This document shows positions 8,841 through 17,476 of a stretch of DNA of 32,000 nucleotides, in pieces. Below the pieces are notes generated by a model that ran no database searches, was not told the origin of the DNA, and worked only from the letters and a program-made list of their open reading frames with translations. The DNA comes from Candidatus Saccharimonas aalborgensis (GTDB lineage Bacteria; Patescibacteriota; Saccharimonadia; Saccharimonadales; Saccharimonadaceae): positions 90,001 through 122,000 of the forward strand of contig NC_021219.1 in assembly GCF_000392435.1 (NCBI RefSeq). The letters run 5' to 3'. The first letter of the stretch is position 1; each line of letters starts with the position of its first letter. The translations under genes and the position numbers were made by a program.

Positions 8841-9485
8841 TTAAATCACACTATGTTTATTCATTTCACTTTCAAGCTGCGCATAGACTGCTGCCGGATC
8901 AGTGGCCTTATTGATCGCTCCGCCGACGTTCAACACATCAACAGTACCCTGAGCCAAACTAAAAGCGTTTTCAACGTTGACGCCGCCGTCCCACCCTACT
9001 TCTACTTCAGGATGGATCATGCGGATAAGCCGGACCTTCTCCAGCTGCATCAGGCTAGCAGTACCCCCGTAATACCCGAGGTTTCCGCAAAACACGAGGA
9101 CGTGATCGGCCGCTTCAATATAGCCCCTGACGGTATTTGGTACCGTCGGCTTGAGAAGCGCGACACCGGCTTTGATACCAGCCGCTTTTAGTAATTGCAG
9201 ACTTGGCGTGAGGTCTTCCTGTGCTTCAGCATGAAATATGACCGTGTGGGGCTTTAGCTCGATCAATGCCTGCACATACTGGCTCGGGTTTGCTACCATG
9301 GCGTGCACATCGACTTCCCACTCTTGCGGCCACCACAATTGATTGACACCAACAGTAAAAGAGGGCGCAAACTGGCCGTCCGTCAGGTCAATATGGACAC
9401 GTTTTGCAAACGGATGGAGCCGCTCCACAGTTGTGCGATACTCATCTTCGGTTTCACATAAAAGAGCGGGTGCTATCACAGCCAT
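8841..9485 (-). CDS. rpe: Ribulose-phosphate 3-epimerase
   Basis: 214 aa; RVHIDLTDGQFAPSFTVG, DVHAMVANP and EVGWDGGVNVENA match the family metal/catalytic positions. Confidence 0.87.
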   Translation of the reverse strand: MAVIAPALLCETEDEYRTTVERLHPFAKRVHIDLTDGQFAPSFTVGVNQLWWPQEWEVDVHAMVANPSQYVQALIELKPHTVIFHAEAQEDLTPSLQLLKAAGIKAGVALLKPTVPNTVRGYIEAADHVLVFCGNLGYYGGTASLMQLEKVRLIRMIHPEVEVGWDGGVNVENAFSLAQGTVDVLNVGGAINKATDPAAVYAQLESEMNKHSVI

Positions 9486-9487
9486 GA

Positions 9488-9949
9488 CTAAAACACATCC
9501 AACTCTGCATTTCGCCGCTTATATCGGGCTGCGCCAGCAAATGGTGTTGTCAGCCATTCGTCGATCACTTCTTTCCATAGTTCTAGATCATCGCCCGGCG
9601 CATCAAGCACCCGTGCGGGCAAGCAAAGGACGTTGCTATCGTTATCGTTACGGCATTCGTGAGCTTCAAACGTATCCCATATCACTGCTGCTCGGATACC
9701 ACGGAAACGGTTGGCTGCCATCGCCATACCCTGTCCGCCGGTGCAAATCAAGATTGCCCTGGGGTCGTCCTCTTCGACCTCGCCCAGCACTTTTGTGGCC
9801 GCCATCTGCGCAAATTGCGGGAAATCATCCTGCGGATCGAGTTCCTTATCACCGACATCTTCCCATGTATAGCCGCGCTTGGTGAGGTACGCTTCGACTT
9901 TCTCCTTGAGATAAAAGCCGCCATGATCGGCACCGAGAAACAATTTCAT
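9488..9949 (-). CDS. rpiB: Ribose-5-phosphate isomerase B / RpiB-LacAB family
   Basis: 153 aa; MKLFLGADHGGFYLKEKV, ILICTGGQGMAMAANRFRGIRAAV and NDNDSNVLCLPARV. Confidence 0.87.
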   Translation of the reverse strand: MKLFLGADHGGFYLKEKVEAYLTKRGYTWEDVGDKELDPQDDFPQFAQMAATKVLGEVEEDDPRAILICTGGQGMAMAANRFRGIRAAVIWDTFEAHECRNDNDSNVLCLPARVLDAPGDDLELWKEVIDEWLTTPFAGAARYKRRNAELDVF

Positions 9950-10006
9950 ACTGCTAAGTATAAGCGGTATTATGCTCTCTGTAAAGTGCAGGATGAGATT
10001 TTACTA

Positions 10007-10034
10007 TTGACTTATATGTTACTTAGGATATAAC
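10007..10034 (+). promoter_or_regulatory. Sigma70-type promoter for small ORF at 10098
   Basis: TTGACT (10007-10012), 16-nt spacer, TATAAC (10029-10034). Confidence 0.55.
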
Positions 10035-10040
10035 GAGTAT

Positions 10041-10064
10041 GCTCAGATGAGCGCACTTCTGCGC
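10041..10064 (+). promoter_or_regulatory. Two consecutive leader hairpins
   Basis: GCTC-agat-GAGC (10041-10052) and GCGCA-cttc-TGCGC (10051-10064), starting at the predicted transcription start. They share 2 nt, so they are adjacent or alternative structures. Confidence 0.4.
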
Positions 10065-10097
10065 ACACCAGTGCACCTACCCCTGAGGAGAGTTGTT

Positions 10098-10205
10098 ATG
10101 AACAAGTCTTTCGCCATTGCCATGTTCGTGGCCGTGTTCGTCGCACCGGCGGCAGTCCAGACCGCCATCAACCTGCTCGACGAGCGCGGGTATCATCCAC
10201 GATGA
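10098..10205 (+). CDS. Small 35-aa hydrophobic protein (putative)
   Basis: MNKSFAIAMFVAVFVAPAAVQTAINLLDERGYHPR preceded by Shine-Dalgarno GAGGAG (10085-10090) and the promoter above. Below the ORF track threshold. Confidence 0.5.
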   Translation: MNKSFAIAMFVAVFVAPAAVQTAINLLDERGYHPR

Positions 10206-10235
10206 CAGGAGTAGGGGAGATTATTTAGTCAGGGA

Positions 10236-10751
10236 TTACGAATCGAGTACCCATGGGTACCAAGAGCCATTATTCGTGAACCCGGTATACTGTACAGTTG
10301 AGGTGGTACCCACGATTCCACTATCTAAGCACAGTTGGGGTGCCGTTGTAGAACCGGAGTATGCGGAAATCTGATCTGTTGACGAGAGATATTTTATAAT
10401 AGTACTTGACTTGACTCTTGCAACTAAACTGTATGTAGTTCCAGCGTTATCAACGCAGTAGAATATTGTTGCACCAACCGGATTTACTCCGTATGTTTGT
10501 TTATTAATGTGTACTCCAATTGCTTTAAATTCGGCAACTGTTGGAAAGCGGCGATTATCTGTCCAGTGTAGTTTGGTTTGTGTAGCAATATTTGCTATAT
10601 CATGGCGCACAGCACTATCTTGTGCGTGCTGGATAATTCCACTATAGCTAACGACGGAGATTACCGTTAGTATTGCGATCACACCAATCACAACCAGTAT
10701 CTCTACTATCGTGAAACCACTTACACAACTGGGTTGATACCTTACGTGCAT
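10236..10751 (-). CDS. Type IV pilin-like / prepilin protein
   Basis: 171 aa; class III signal SG^FTIVEILVVIGVIAILTVISVVSYSGIIQHAQDSAVRHDI. Confidence 0.85.
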   Translation of the reverse strand: MHVRYQPSCVSGFTIVEILVVIGVIAILTVISVVSYSGIIQHAQDSAVRHDIANIATQTKLHWTDNRRFPTVAEFKAIGVHINKQTYGVNPVGATIFYCVDNAGTTYSLVARVKSSTIIKYLSSTDQISAYSGSTTAPQLCLDSGIVGTTSTVQYTGFTNNGSWYPWVLDS

Positions 10752-10753
10752 AC

Positions 10754-11776
10754 TTATTGGCCGCCTGCCACTACCTTTCCGGCATCAGCGACTAGTTCAA
10801 CAAGACGGTTTGAGTATCCCCACTCATTGTCATACCACGCCACAACTTTGACGAGATTTCCCCCGACGACATTGGTGAGTGGCAGATCAACGATAGAACT
10901 ATGGCTATTGCCTTTGAAATCTGTGCTTACTAATTCCTCGGCCGTAACATCAAGAATACCCTGATAAAACGGTGTCGCAGCAGCTTCTCTAAAGGCACTG
11001 TTGACTTCATCAACTGTCACATTCCGCTTAACGAGTACCACAAAATCACTCATGCTCACTACTGGTGTCGGGACGCGTACTGACAAACCACCGAATTTTC
11101 CCTCGAGTGCCGGTAAGGCTTTTGCCGCAGCGATGGAGGCACCGGTCGTTGTCGGAACAATGTTCTCGGCTGCCGCACGTGCCTCACGAAGATCTTTTGC
11201 GGGAGCATCTTGAAGCCGCTGGCTCGCAGTATAACTATGAACCGTTGTCATCATAGCTTTTTCGATACCAAACGCCTTCTCGAGCACCGCCATCACTGGG
11301 GTGATACAGTTTGTCGTACACGATGCATTTGAGATCACGGCGGTAGAATGCTCAATCTGATCTTCATTTACGCCGAGGACAATGGTATCGGCCCCCTCGC
11401 CCTTCGCCGGTGCCGAAATGACTACCTTTTTTGCACCGGCATCGATATGCGCTTGAGCCTTGGCCGGATCAACAAAAAATCCCGTCGACTCGATCACGAC
11501 ATCGATGTTATGATCGCGCCATGGAAGGGCTGAGGGTTCTTTCTCCGCCAACACCGCGATATGTTGCCCATCAACGATGATACCCGTTTCGTCGTGTCCT
11601 ACCTCGTGAGCGTAGGTTCCGTACGATGAATCATGTTTGAGAAGATGTGCTAGTGTCCTCGTATCGGTAAGGTCGTTGATCGCCACAACTTCCACGTCAT
11701 CACGCTCAAAGGCGATTTTAAATGCGTTTCGACCTATCCTCCCGAATCCGTTGATTGCCACTCTCACTTTGCCCAT
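10754..11776 (-). CDS. gap: Glyceraldehyde-3-phosphate dehydrogenase, type I
   Basis: MGKVRVAINGFGRIGRNAFK, catalytic VISNASCTTNCITPVMAVLEKAFG, WYDNEWGYSNRLVEL. ORF opens at 11788; the conserved start is MGKVR at 11776. Confidence 0.96.
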   Translation of the reverse strand: MGKVRVAINGFGRIGRNAFKIAFERDDVEVVAINDLTDTRTLAHLLKHDSSYGTYAHEVGHDETGIIVDGQHIAVLAEKEPSALPWRDHNIDVVIESTGFFVDPAKAQAHIDAGAKKVVISAPAKGEGADTIVLGVNEDQIEHSTAVISNASCTTNCITPVMAVLEKAFGIEKAMMTTVHSYTASQRLQDAPAKDLREARAAAENIVPTTTGASIAAAKALPALEGKFGGLSVRVPTPVVSMSDFVVLVKRNVTVDEVNSAFREAAATPFYQGILDVTAEELVSTDFKGNSHSSIVDLPLTNVVGGNLVKVVAWYDNEWGYSNRLVELVADAGKVVAGGQ

Positions 11777-11847
11777 AGTGTTCCTCATTGTTTTAGCATT
11801 AGCTCTATTATCTCATAGTATATCGCACCGATTCCATTCCTAGTAGA

Positions 11848-11876
11848 TTGACATTAGTTATGTTTGGTTTTCTAAT
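11848..11876 (+). promoter_or_regulatory. Sigma70-type promoter upstream of relA/spoT homolog
   Basis: TTGACA (11848-11853), 17-nt spacer, TCTAAT (11871-11876). Confidence 0.5.
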
Positions 11877-11921
11877 GGTAAGTTCAATCGTCTTTTAGTA
11901 TTTTTCTGTATACTTAGTAGT

Positions 11922-13454
11922 ATGGATACGAGCGAGGTGTTGCGGGCGGCCAAAGGACAATATGGCAAACAGCAACTTCTTGTGCTCTCTCGCGCTATTG
12001 ATTACGCGGCAGAAGTCCACAAGGGCCAACGACGAAAGAGTGGTGAGCCCTATATCACTCACCCGCTGTCTGTGGCGGTGCTCCTGATCGAATGGGGCAT
12101 GGATGTCGATTCAGTCATTGCCGGTATCCTCCATGACACCGTCGAAGACACTACTGCCACACTCGAACAAATCGAGCACTCGTTTGGAAAAGACGTCGCT
12201 TTTTTGGTTGACGGCGTGACAAAGGTAAGCCAGGCTCGTGCCGGTATGCAAAGCCTCGAAAATTACCTACCGCAAACTCGTGATAATCTCACCAAACTTC
12301 TCATCGCCGTTGGTCAAGATGTCCGTGTTATCATCATCAAACTTGCCGACCGACTGCACAATATGAAAACTCTACAGTATAAGAGTCAGGAGAAGCAAAA
12401 AAAGATCGCACGTGAAACGATCGAGGTATTTGCACCACTTGCTGACCGACTCAATATGGGTCGAGTCCGCGTTCAACTGGAAGAGCTTAGTTTTCGCTAC
12501 CTGTGGCCAAAAGAATTTGAGACTACGAAGCAGCTGATGGACAGTCGATTGAGTAAGAGTAAGAAAAAACTTGAGAGCGTGCGTCGAGAGGTCGATGCTT
12601 ACCTTACAAAAGAAAAAATCCCTCACTCGATAGACGGCCGTGTCAAGAGCGTCTATAGCCTCTACAAAAAACTCAAGCGAGTACCAAACATTGATGATAT
12701 TTATGACCTCATGGCGTTACGAATTGTCGTCGATGATTTGGCAACGTGCTACCTTGTGCTTGGTGAACTCCATAGCCTCTACGAGCCAATGGTAGATCGT
12801 ATCAAAGATTATATTGCCAAACCAAAACCAAACGGCTACCAATCACTCCATACAACAATTATCACCAAAAACGGTCAGCATGTTGAGTTTCAGGTGCGCA
12901 CACGGGAAATGCATGAATACGCTGAGCGTGGGTTGGCGGCAAGTTTTCACTACAACGAACAAAAATTAACAGAGGCCTATATCCGTGGTAACATGGCCGA
13001 GTTGCCGGCCGATCTCCACTGGATTGCCGATCTGCAAAACGCTGCCGCTCAGATAAATGAGGGTAAGGAGTTCGACGTCGAAAATCTCAAAGTCGATTTG
13101 TTTGGTGATCGTATTTTTGTGTTTTCGCCAAAAGGTGATATTTATGATCTGCCAGATGGAGCTTTTCCACTAGATTATGCTTACAGAGTACACTCCGACC
13201 TGGCGGCGCGCGCAAGTGGTTTTATGATCAATGGCAAGATGGAGCCCTTTAGCCATCAGCTTCAGCATGGTGATGTGGTGGAGATTTTGACAAGCAAGGG
13301 CGCGAAACCACGTCCCGACTGGCAACAGTACGTACTTACTAGTCATGCCCGCATGAAATTACGCGCCCAACTACGAAAAGGGGGTGTATTGGGACGTATC
13401 TCAAACGCCGCCTCGATTCTTCACCGCAAGATGCGCAAAAACAAACGATCGTAG
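11922..13454 (+). CDS. RelA/SpoT-family (p)ppGpp synthetase/hydrolase, ending after the TGS domain
   Basis: 510 aa; HD domain HKGQRRKSGEPYITHPLSVAVLLIEWGMDVDSVIAGILHDTVEDT, synthetase region GRVKSVYSLYKKLKR...IYDLMALRIVVDD, TGS region RIFVFSPKGDIYDLPDGAFPLDYAYRVHSD. Confidence 0.94.
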   Translation: MDTSEVLRAAKGQYGKQQLLVLSRAIDYAAEVHKGQRRKSGEPYITHPLSVAVLLIEWGMDVDSVIAGILHDTVEDTTATLEQIEHSFGKDVAFLVDGVTKVSQARAGMQSLENYLPQTRDNLTKLLIAVGQDVRVIIIKLADRLHNMKTLQYKSQEKQKKIARETIEVFAPLADRLNMGRVRVQLEELSFRYLWPKEFETTKQLMDSRLSKSKKKLESVRREVDAYLTKEKIPHSIDGRVKSVYSLYKKLKRVPNIDDIYDLMALRIVVDDLATCYLVLGELHSLYEPMVDRIKDYIAKPKPNGYQSLHTTIITKNGQHVEFQVRTREMHEYAERGLAASFHYNEQKLTEAYIRGNMAELPADLHWIADLQNAAAQINEGKEFDVENLKVDLFGDRIFVFSPKGDIYDLPDGAFPLDYAYRVHSDLAARASGFMINGKMEPFSHQLQHGDVVEILTSKGAKPRPDWQQYVLTSHARMKLRAQLRKGGVLGRISNAASILHRKMRKNKRS

Positions 13455-13985
13455 TTACTTATTGTTATAGCGCTCAATGCACTCAACAATAATGCGCTTG
13501 GCTTCCTCGACATCTCCCCAGCCAATCACTCGAGTACTACCAGGCTTCTTCAGATCTTTGTAGTGCGTGAAGTGATGCTCGATTTGCTGTTTCCAGCGTT
13601 CACCTAAATCTTCGACGCTACGATACTGATCACCCGTTTGTCGATCGTCGGCAGGACAGACGACAACCTTGTCATCGACTTCACCATCATCCTCAAACTT
13701 TAGAACACCGAGGATCCGCGCTTCGAGCCAGATGCCCGTGACGAGCGGCTCGTGACAGACGATCAGTGTATCAAGCTCATCGCCATCCTCATCGAGTGTT
13801 TGTGGGATAAACCCATAGTTGACTGGTTTGGCAAAAATTTGTGGCTCAACACGATCAAGGGTAAACGCTGCACGCTCACGATCCCATTCAATTTTTAATG
13901 TTGACCCCTCGGGAATCTCAACTACCGTATTAACAACGCCATTATCGACATCTCCCGGGAGAAGCACCTGATTGAAATCAGCCAT
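13455..13985 (-). CDS. ppa: Inorganic pyrophosphatase (family I)
   Basis: VVEIPEGSTLKIEWDRERAAFTLDR...YPVNYGFIPQT-like NYGFIPQTLDEDGDELDTLIV, and WKQQIEHHFTHYKDL. ORF opens at 14087; the natural start is MADFNQ at 13985. Confidence 0.93.
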   Translation of the reverse strand: MADFNQVLLPGDVDNGVVNTVVEIPEGSTLKIEWDRERAAFTLDRVEPQIFAKPVNYGFIPQTLDEDGDELDTLIVCHEPLVTGIWLEARILGVLKFEDDGEVDDKVVVCPADDRQTGDQYRSVEDLGERWKQQIEHHFTHYKDLKKPGSTRVIGWGDVEEAKRIIVECIERYNNK

Positions 13986-14063
13986 TTTTTTCCTTTCGCT
14001 TAACAAACTGTGTTTTAGTGTACCAGCTTTGAGCGTGCTAGGGTATACTGAGACGATAGAACT

Positions 14064-15074
14064 ATGCCGTCTTCTCACCCTTCGCATCTCTTAACTGCCG
14101 CAGACTATATCGCCGACGTTACGTCGTCGATCAACCGCGCAAAAACGCGCATAGCAGTTGTAGCGACAACCTTGCATGCCGACGACCCGCTAGCTGAAGC
14201 ATTGGTCGATGCACTCTGTGCAGCCGCAACTCGAGGTCTCACGGTATCAGTCTGTATCGATGCCTACACCTATATTGAGCCAAAAGAGTTTTTATTGAAG
14301 TCTCCGCGCCGCCACCCAAAACGCGCCTATCGAGCCCTCAAGGTTGAGCGCCGGCTAAAAAAGCAAGGTGTCGATTTTCACTGGCTTGGCCGTACCACTA
14401 ACTTTGCCCTGACGGGTCGAACTCATAGTAAATGGACTATTGTCGATGACTGCGTCTATAGTTTTGGTGGCGTCAACCTGGATCGTGCCAGTTTTGCAAA
14501 TACTGACTATATGCTCAAGATGGTCGATGCCGTGTTTGCCGATGCCCTCTACAGCGAACACCTCGACCTCATTCGTGCTGATCGCTCAGGGCGAGCCAGC
14601 AAGAGCAGGACCCTCACCGTCAGTCCATCGATGACCGTTCTCCTCGATGGAGGGATGCCTGGCAACTCACTTATTTATCGCCGTGCCTGTAGTTTGGCCA
14701 AACAAGCTAACGAGATAACGCTCGTATCGCAATTTTGTCCTACCGGTAAGTTAGGTCGCATCTTAAAGCGAAAAAAAGCTACTCTGTATTTTAATCATTG
14801 GCGTGAGGCCGAGGTGCTCAACAAAGTTCTCATTCAGGTAAGCATGTTGTTTACACGCCACAAGACCCTGTACCAAAGAGAGCAGTACTTGCATGCAAAA
14901 TGTATAATTTTTACTATGTCAAACGGAAGCAAGGTCGCGCTTAGCAGCTCGCATAATTTTGTATATGGCGGCGTGCTGCTCGGTACCCGGGAAATTGCTC
15001 TTGAAACAACTGATCGAACCGTCATCCAACAGCTTGAGTCGTTCATCACCCATCACGTTGCCGGCCGCGACTGA
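14064..15074 (+). CDS. Phospholipase D / cardiolipin synthase-like protein
   Basis: 336 aa; two HxK motifs, THSKWTIVDDCVYSFGGVNLD and LHAKCIIFTMSNGSKVALSSSHN. The exact start is uncertain. Confidence 0.82.
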   Translation: MPSSHPSHLLTAADYIADVTSSINRAKTRIAVVATTLHADDPLAEALVDALCAAATRGLTVSVCIDAYTYIEPKEFLLKSPRRHPKRAYRALKVERRLKKQGVDFHWLGRTTNFALTGRTHSKWTIVDDCVYSFGGVNLDRASFANTDYMLKMVDAVFADALYSEHLDLIRADRSGRASKSRTLTVSPSMTVLLDGGMPGNSLIYRRACSLAKQANEITLVSQFCPTGKLGRILKRKKATLYFNHWREAEVLNKVLIQVSMLFTRHKTLYQREQYLHAKCIIFTMSNGSKVALSSSHNFVYGGVLLGTREIALETTDRTVIQQLESFITHHVAGRD

Positions 15075-15090
15075 ATGATACAATGACAGT

Positions 15091-15786
15091 ATGTTAATTA
15101 TCGGTCATCGCGGAGCAAAAGGTCTCGCACCCGAAAATACGCTTGCCGCATTGCAGGCTGGAGTCGATGCTGGTGCCGACATGCTTGAATGTGACGTACG
15201 GCTGACAAAAGATAACCAGTTGGTTATCATTCACGATTCTCGTTTGATGCGTACACACCGCCAGCTCGTTGCCGTGAGCGGACTTACCCTTGCTGAGCTA
15301 CAGGAGCGAACTCCCGACATGCCAGTTCCAACGCTCAGAGAAGCACTCGATGCTTATTTTGGGAAAATCATACTCAATATTGAAATCAAAAGCCGCGGAG
15401 CAGGCAAAGCAGTCGTGGCGCTCCTCGCAAAAGACTACATAACACGACCTCAGGACTGGGACACTATCCTCCTGTCTTCTTTCCACGTGGGTGAACTTCG
15501 CTCGATACGCCGCGCATCACAGCGAGCCAATATTGCACTACTCCACCGAGAAAACCCCTTTACCTTCATTGCTTTTGAACGCAGTTTACGACTTTCGGCA
15601 GTCGGTTTTCATCGATTGACCATAAACTCATTCGCCCTCGATATTGCTCATCGAATCGGGTTATTTACCTATGTCTATACCGTCAACCGGCCCGAGGCCG
15701 CCCTGCGACTCGAAGCCCAAGGGGTGGATGGTATCGTTACCAACTATCCCGATATACTTGTTGAGGTATTAAACAATTCAAACTAG
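15091..15786 (+). CDS. Glycerophosphodiester phosphodiesterase
   Basis: 231 aa; IIGHRGAKGLAPENTLAALQAGVDAGADMLECDVRLTKDNQLVIIHDSRLMRT and ILNIEIKS. Confidence 0.94.
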   Translation: MLIIGHRGAKGLAPENTLAALQAGVDAGADMLECDVRLTKDNQLVIIHDSRLMRTHRQLVAVSGLTLAELQERTPDMPVPTLREALDAYFGKIILNIEIKSRGAGKAVVALLAKDYITRPQDWDTILLSSFHVGELRSIRRASQRANIALLHRENPFTFIAFERSLRLSAVGFHRLTINSFALDIAHRIGLFTYVYTVNRPEAALRLEAQGVDGIVTNYPDILVEVLNNSN

Positions 15787-16739
15787 TTTTTTGCGGATGA
15801 TAGAGCATCGAGATATTCTCGAATATTGAGGGCAGCCGTGGCTCCTTCACCAACCGCACTGGCTACTTGCATTGTCGCCCCACTGCGAACATCGCCGCTG
15901 GCAAAGATACCGGGTACGGCCGTCTCGAGATGTTCATTGGTGATGATATGCCCGATCGGGTCAAGTTCAACCCCGCTCCCAACCAAAAACTCTGTGTTCG
16001 GTTTGAGACCAATGAATACAAAGGTACCGTCGACCTGTAGCTCATCAGACTGACCCGCAGAGACTGTACGAACAGTCATTGCCTTGGTTTCGCTATCAAC
16101 GCTAATCTCAGTTGGTACCGTTTGTAAATGAATGGTAACCTTACCAGCATCAACGTACTTCTGCAATTCATCTTGCAATACCTGGCTCGCTTTGACCGTA
16201 CTACGTACCAACAGATCTATGTGACTCGCAAACCGAGTCAGAAAGATTGCTTCCTGCACGCCAGAGTTGCCACCGCCGACCACTACGAGCCGCTTATCAC
16301 GATAAAACGCGCCATCACAGGTTGCGCAGTAGTGCACGCCGCGTCCATAATACTCAGCTTCACCCGGAATCCCCAATTTGTTGTAGTCACTTCCTGTTGC
16401 AATCAGTACGCTCTGTGCTTTGACCTCTTCACCATCAACTGTCAACACAATGCCGTCTTGGCCACGACGCACCGCAGATACGTCACCGTACTTGATGACT
16501 GCGCCGAAGCGCTCGGCTTGTTTTTGCAGATTATCTGCCAAGGTCAGCCCTTCAATGCCATCGGGAAACCCAGGGTAATTGTCGACTTTATCGGTGATCG
16601 CTGCAAGTCCACCCACAACTGCCTTTTCGTACAATACTGTCTCGATGTCCTCACGTGTCGTATAAATTGCGGCAGCGAGAGCACTCGGCCCGGCACCGAT
16701 CATCACAACATCATGGATAGTTTCATCGGTCATCATCAC
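15783..16739 (-). CDS. trxB: Thioredoxin reductase
   Basis: 318 aa; GAGPSALAAAIYTTRE, redox centre YCATCDGAFYRDKRLVVVGGGNSG, FIFGLKPNT-like FVFIGLKPNTEFL, and GIFASGDVR. Confidence 0.95.
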   Translation of the reverse strand: MMMTDETIHDVVMIGAGPSALAAAIYTTREDIETVLYEKAVVGGLAAITDKVDNYPGFPDGIEGLTLADNLQKQAERFGAVIKYGDVSAVRRGQDGIVLTVDGEEVKAQSVLIATGSDYNKLGIPGEAEYYGRGVHYCATCDGAFYRDKRLVVVGGGNSGVQEAIFLTRFASHIDLLVRSTVKASQVLQDELQKYVDAGKVTIHLQTVPTEISVDSETKAMTVRTVSAGQSDELQVDGTFVFIGLKPNTEFLVGSGVELDPIGHIITNEHLETAVPGIFASGDVRSGATMQVASAVGEGATAALNIREYLDALSSAKN

Positions 16740-16748
16740 CCTCCTTAC

Positions 16749-17434
16749 TTATTGTCCCAGCCCCTGAAATAGCTCCATCGGATAGGTTGGCGGCGTTATT
16801 TCAGCCGCCGCAGGTATTGCCATCACAATAAATTTGAGTGGTGTGTTTGGCGGAATAACTTCATTACCCTGTTGGTCTTTTGTCCCCTGTTCTTTATACC
16901 CCTTATCTGAGGGGATGGTCAGCTCCCGCACGCCGCCGAGACGCATTCCCTTCATGCCTTCTTTCCAACCCTGGATTAAACTACTTGTTGCCAGGCCATC
17001 AATGGCAAGCGGTGACTTCAATTTGCCCGAGGCTGGGTCGATTGATTGCTCTTGGATTGTGCCACGCGGTAACCACAGAATATAGTAGGCGGCAAACTTC
17101 GTGGTATCCGTCACTTCCTCGCCGTCGCCGACAATAAGGTCTTGTGTCTGTAGTGTTTTATTGTTGCTTTCGATATCGTAGACACCAACTCTTGAGCCAA
17201 ACTGACTAAATGTCGAATAATATTTTGCCGAAAGTTCATCTGCCTGTGCAGCTTTCTGGGCCTGATATACTTTCACTTTTGCTTGGTAATCATTTTGTAC
17301 CTTTTGAGTCTTGCCGCATCATCTGATTGATTTTTTGTCGTCAATATCAGTGCCGCAAATGACCCAATCGTCCCCACAACGGTGACGATTAAAATAATCA
17401 TAATGCCTAGTCGCTGGCTCTTTGTTGTTGCCAC
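16749..17434 (-). CDS. Membrane-anchored FKBP-type peptidyl-prolyl isomerase, apparently frameshifted between 17276 and 17319
   Basis: Body (16749-17276): DLIVGDGEEV...GWKEGMKGMRLGGVRELTIPSDKGYKEQG. N-terminal anchor (GTG 17434 to TGA 17273) in another frame: MATTKSQRLGIMIILIVTVVGTIGSFAALILTTKNQSDDAARLK. Confidence 0.72.
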
Positions 17435-17476
17435 ATCTGTCCCTTTCGTTTGTTGAGCTCGTTTTAGTATAGCAAA

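Noticed and set aside
9343-9885. 180-aa plus-strand ORF opposite rpe/rpiB
   Set aside because: Antisense shadow of two well-supported genes, with low-quality composition.
10247-10260. Perfect 14-bp palindrome GTACCCATGGGTAC
   Set aside because: Lies in the C-terminal coding part of the pilin gene (encodes ...WYPWV...), single copy, no promoter context. Treated as coincidental.
16128-16772. 214-aa plus-strand ORF opposite trxB
   Set aside because: Complete antisense to a gene with unmistakable thioredoxin reductase motifs. The translation has no recognisable domain.
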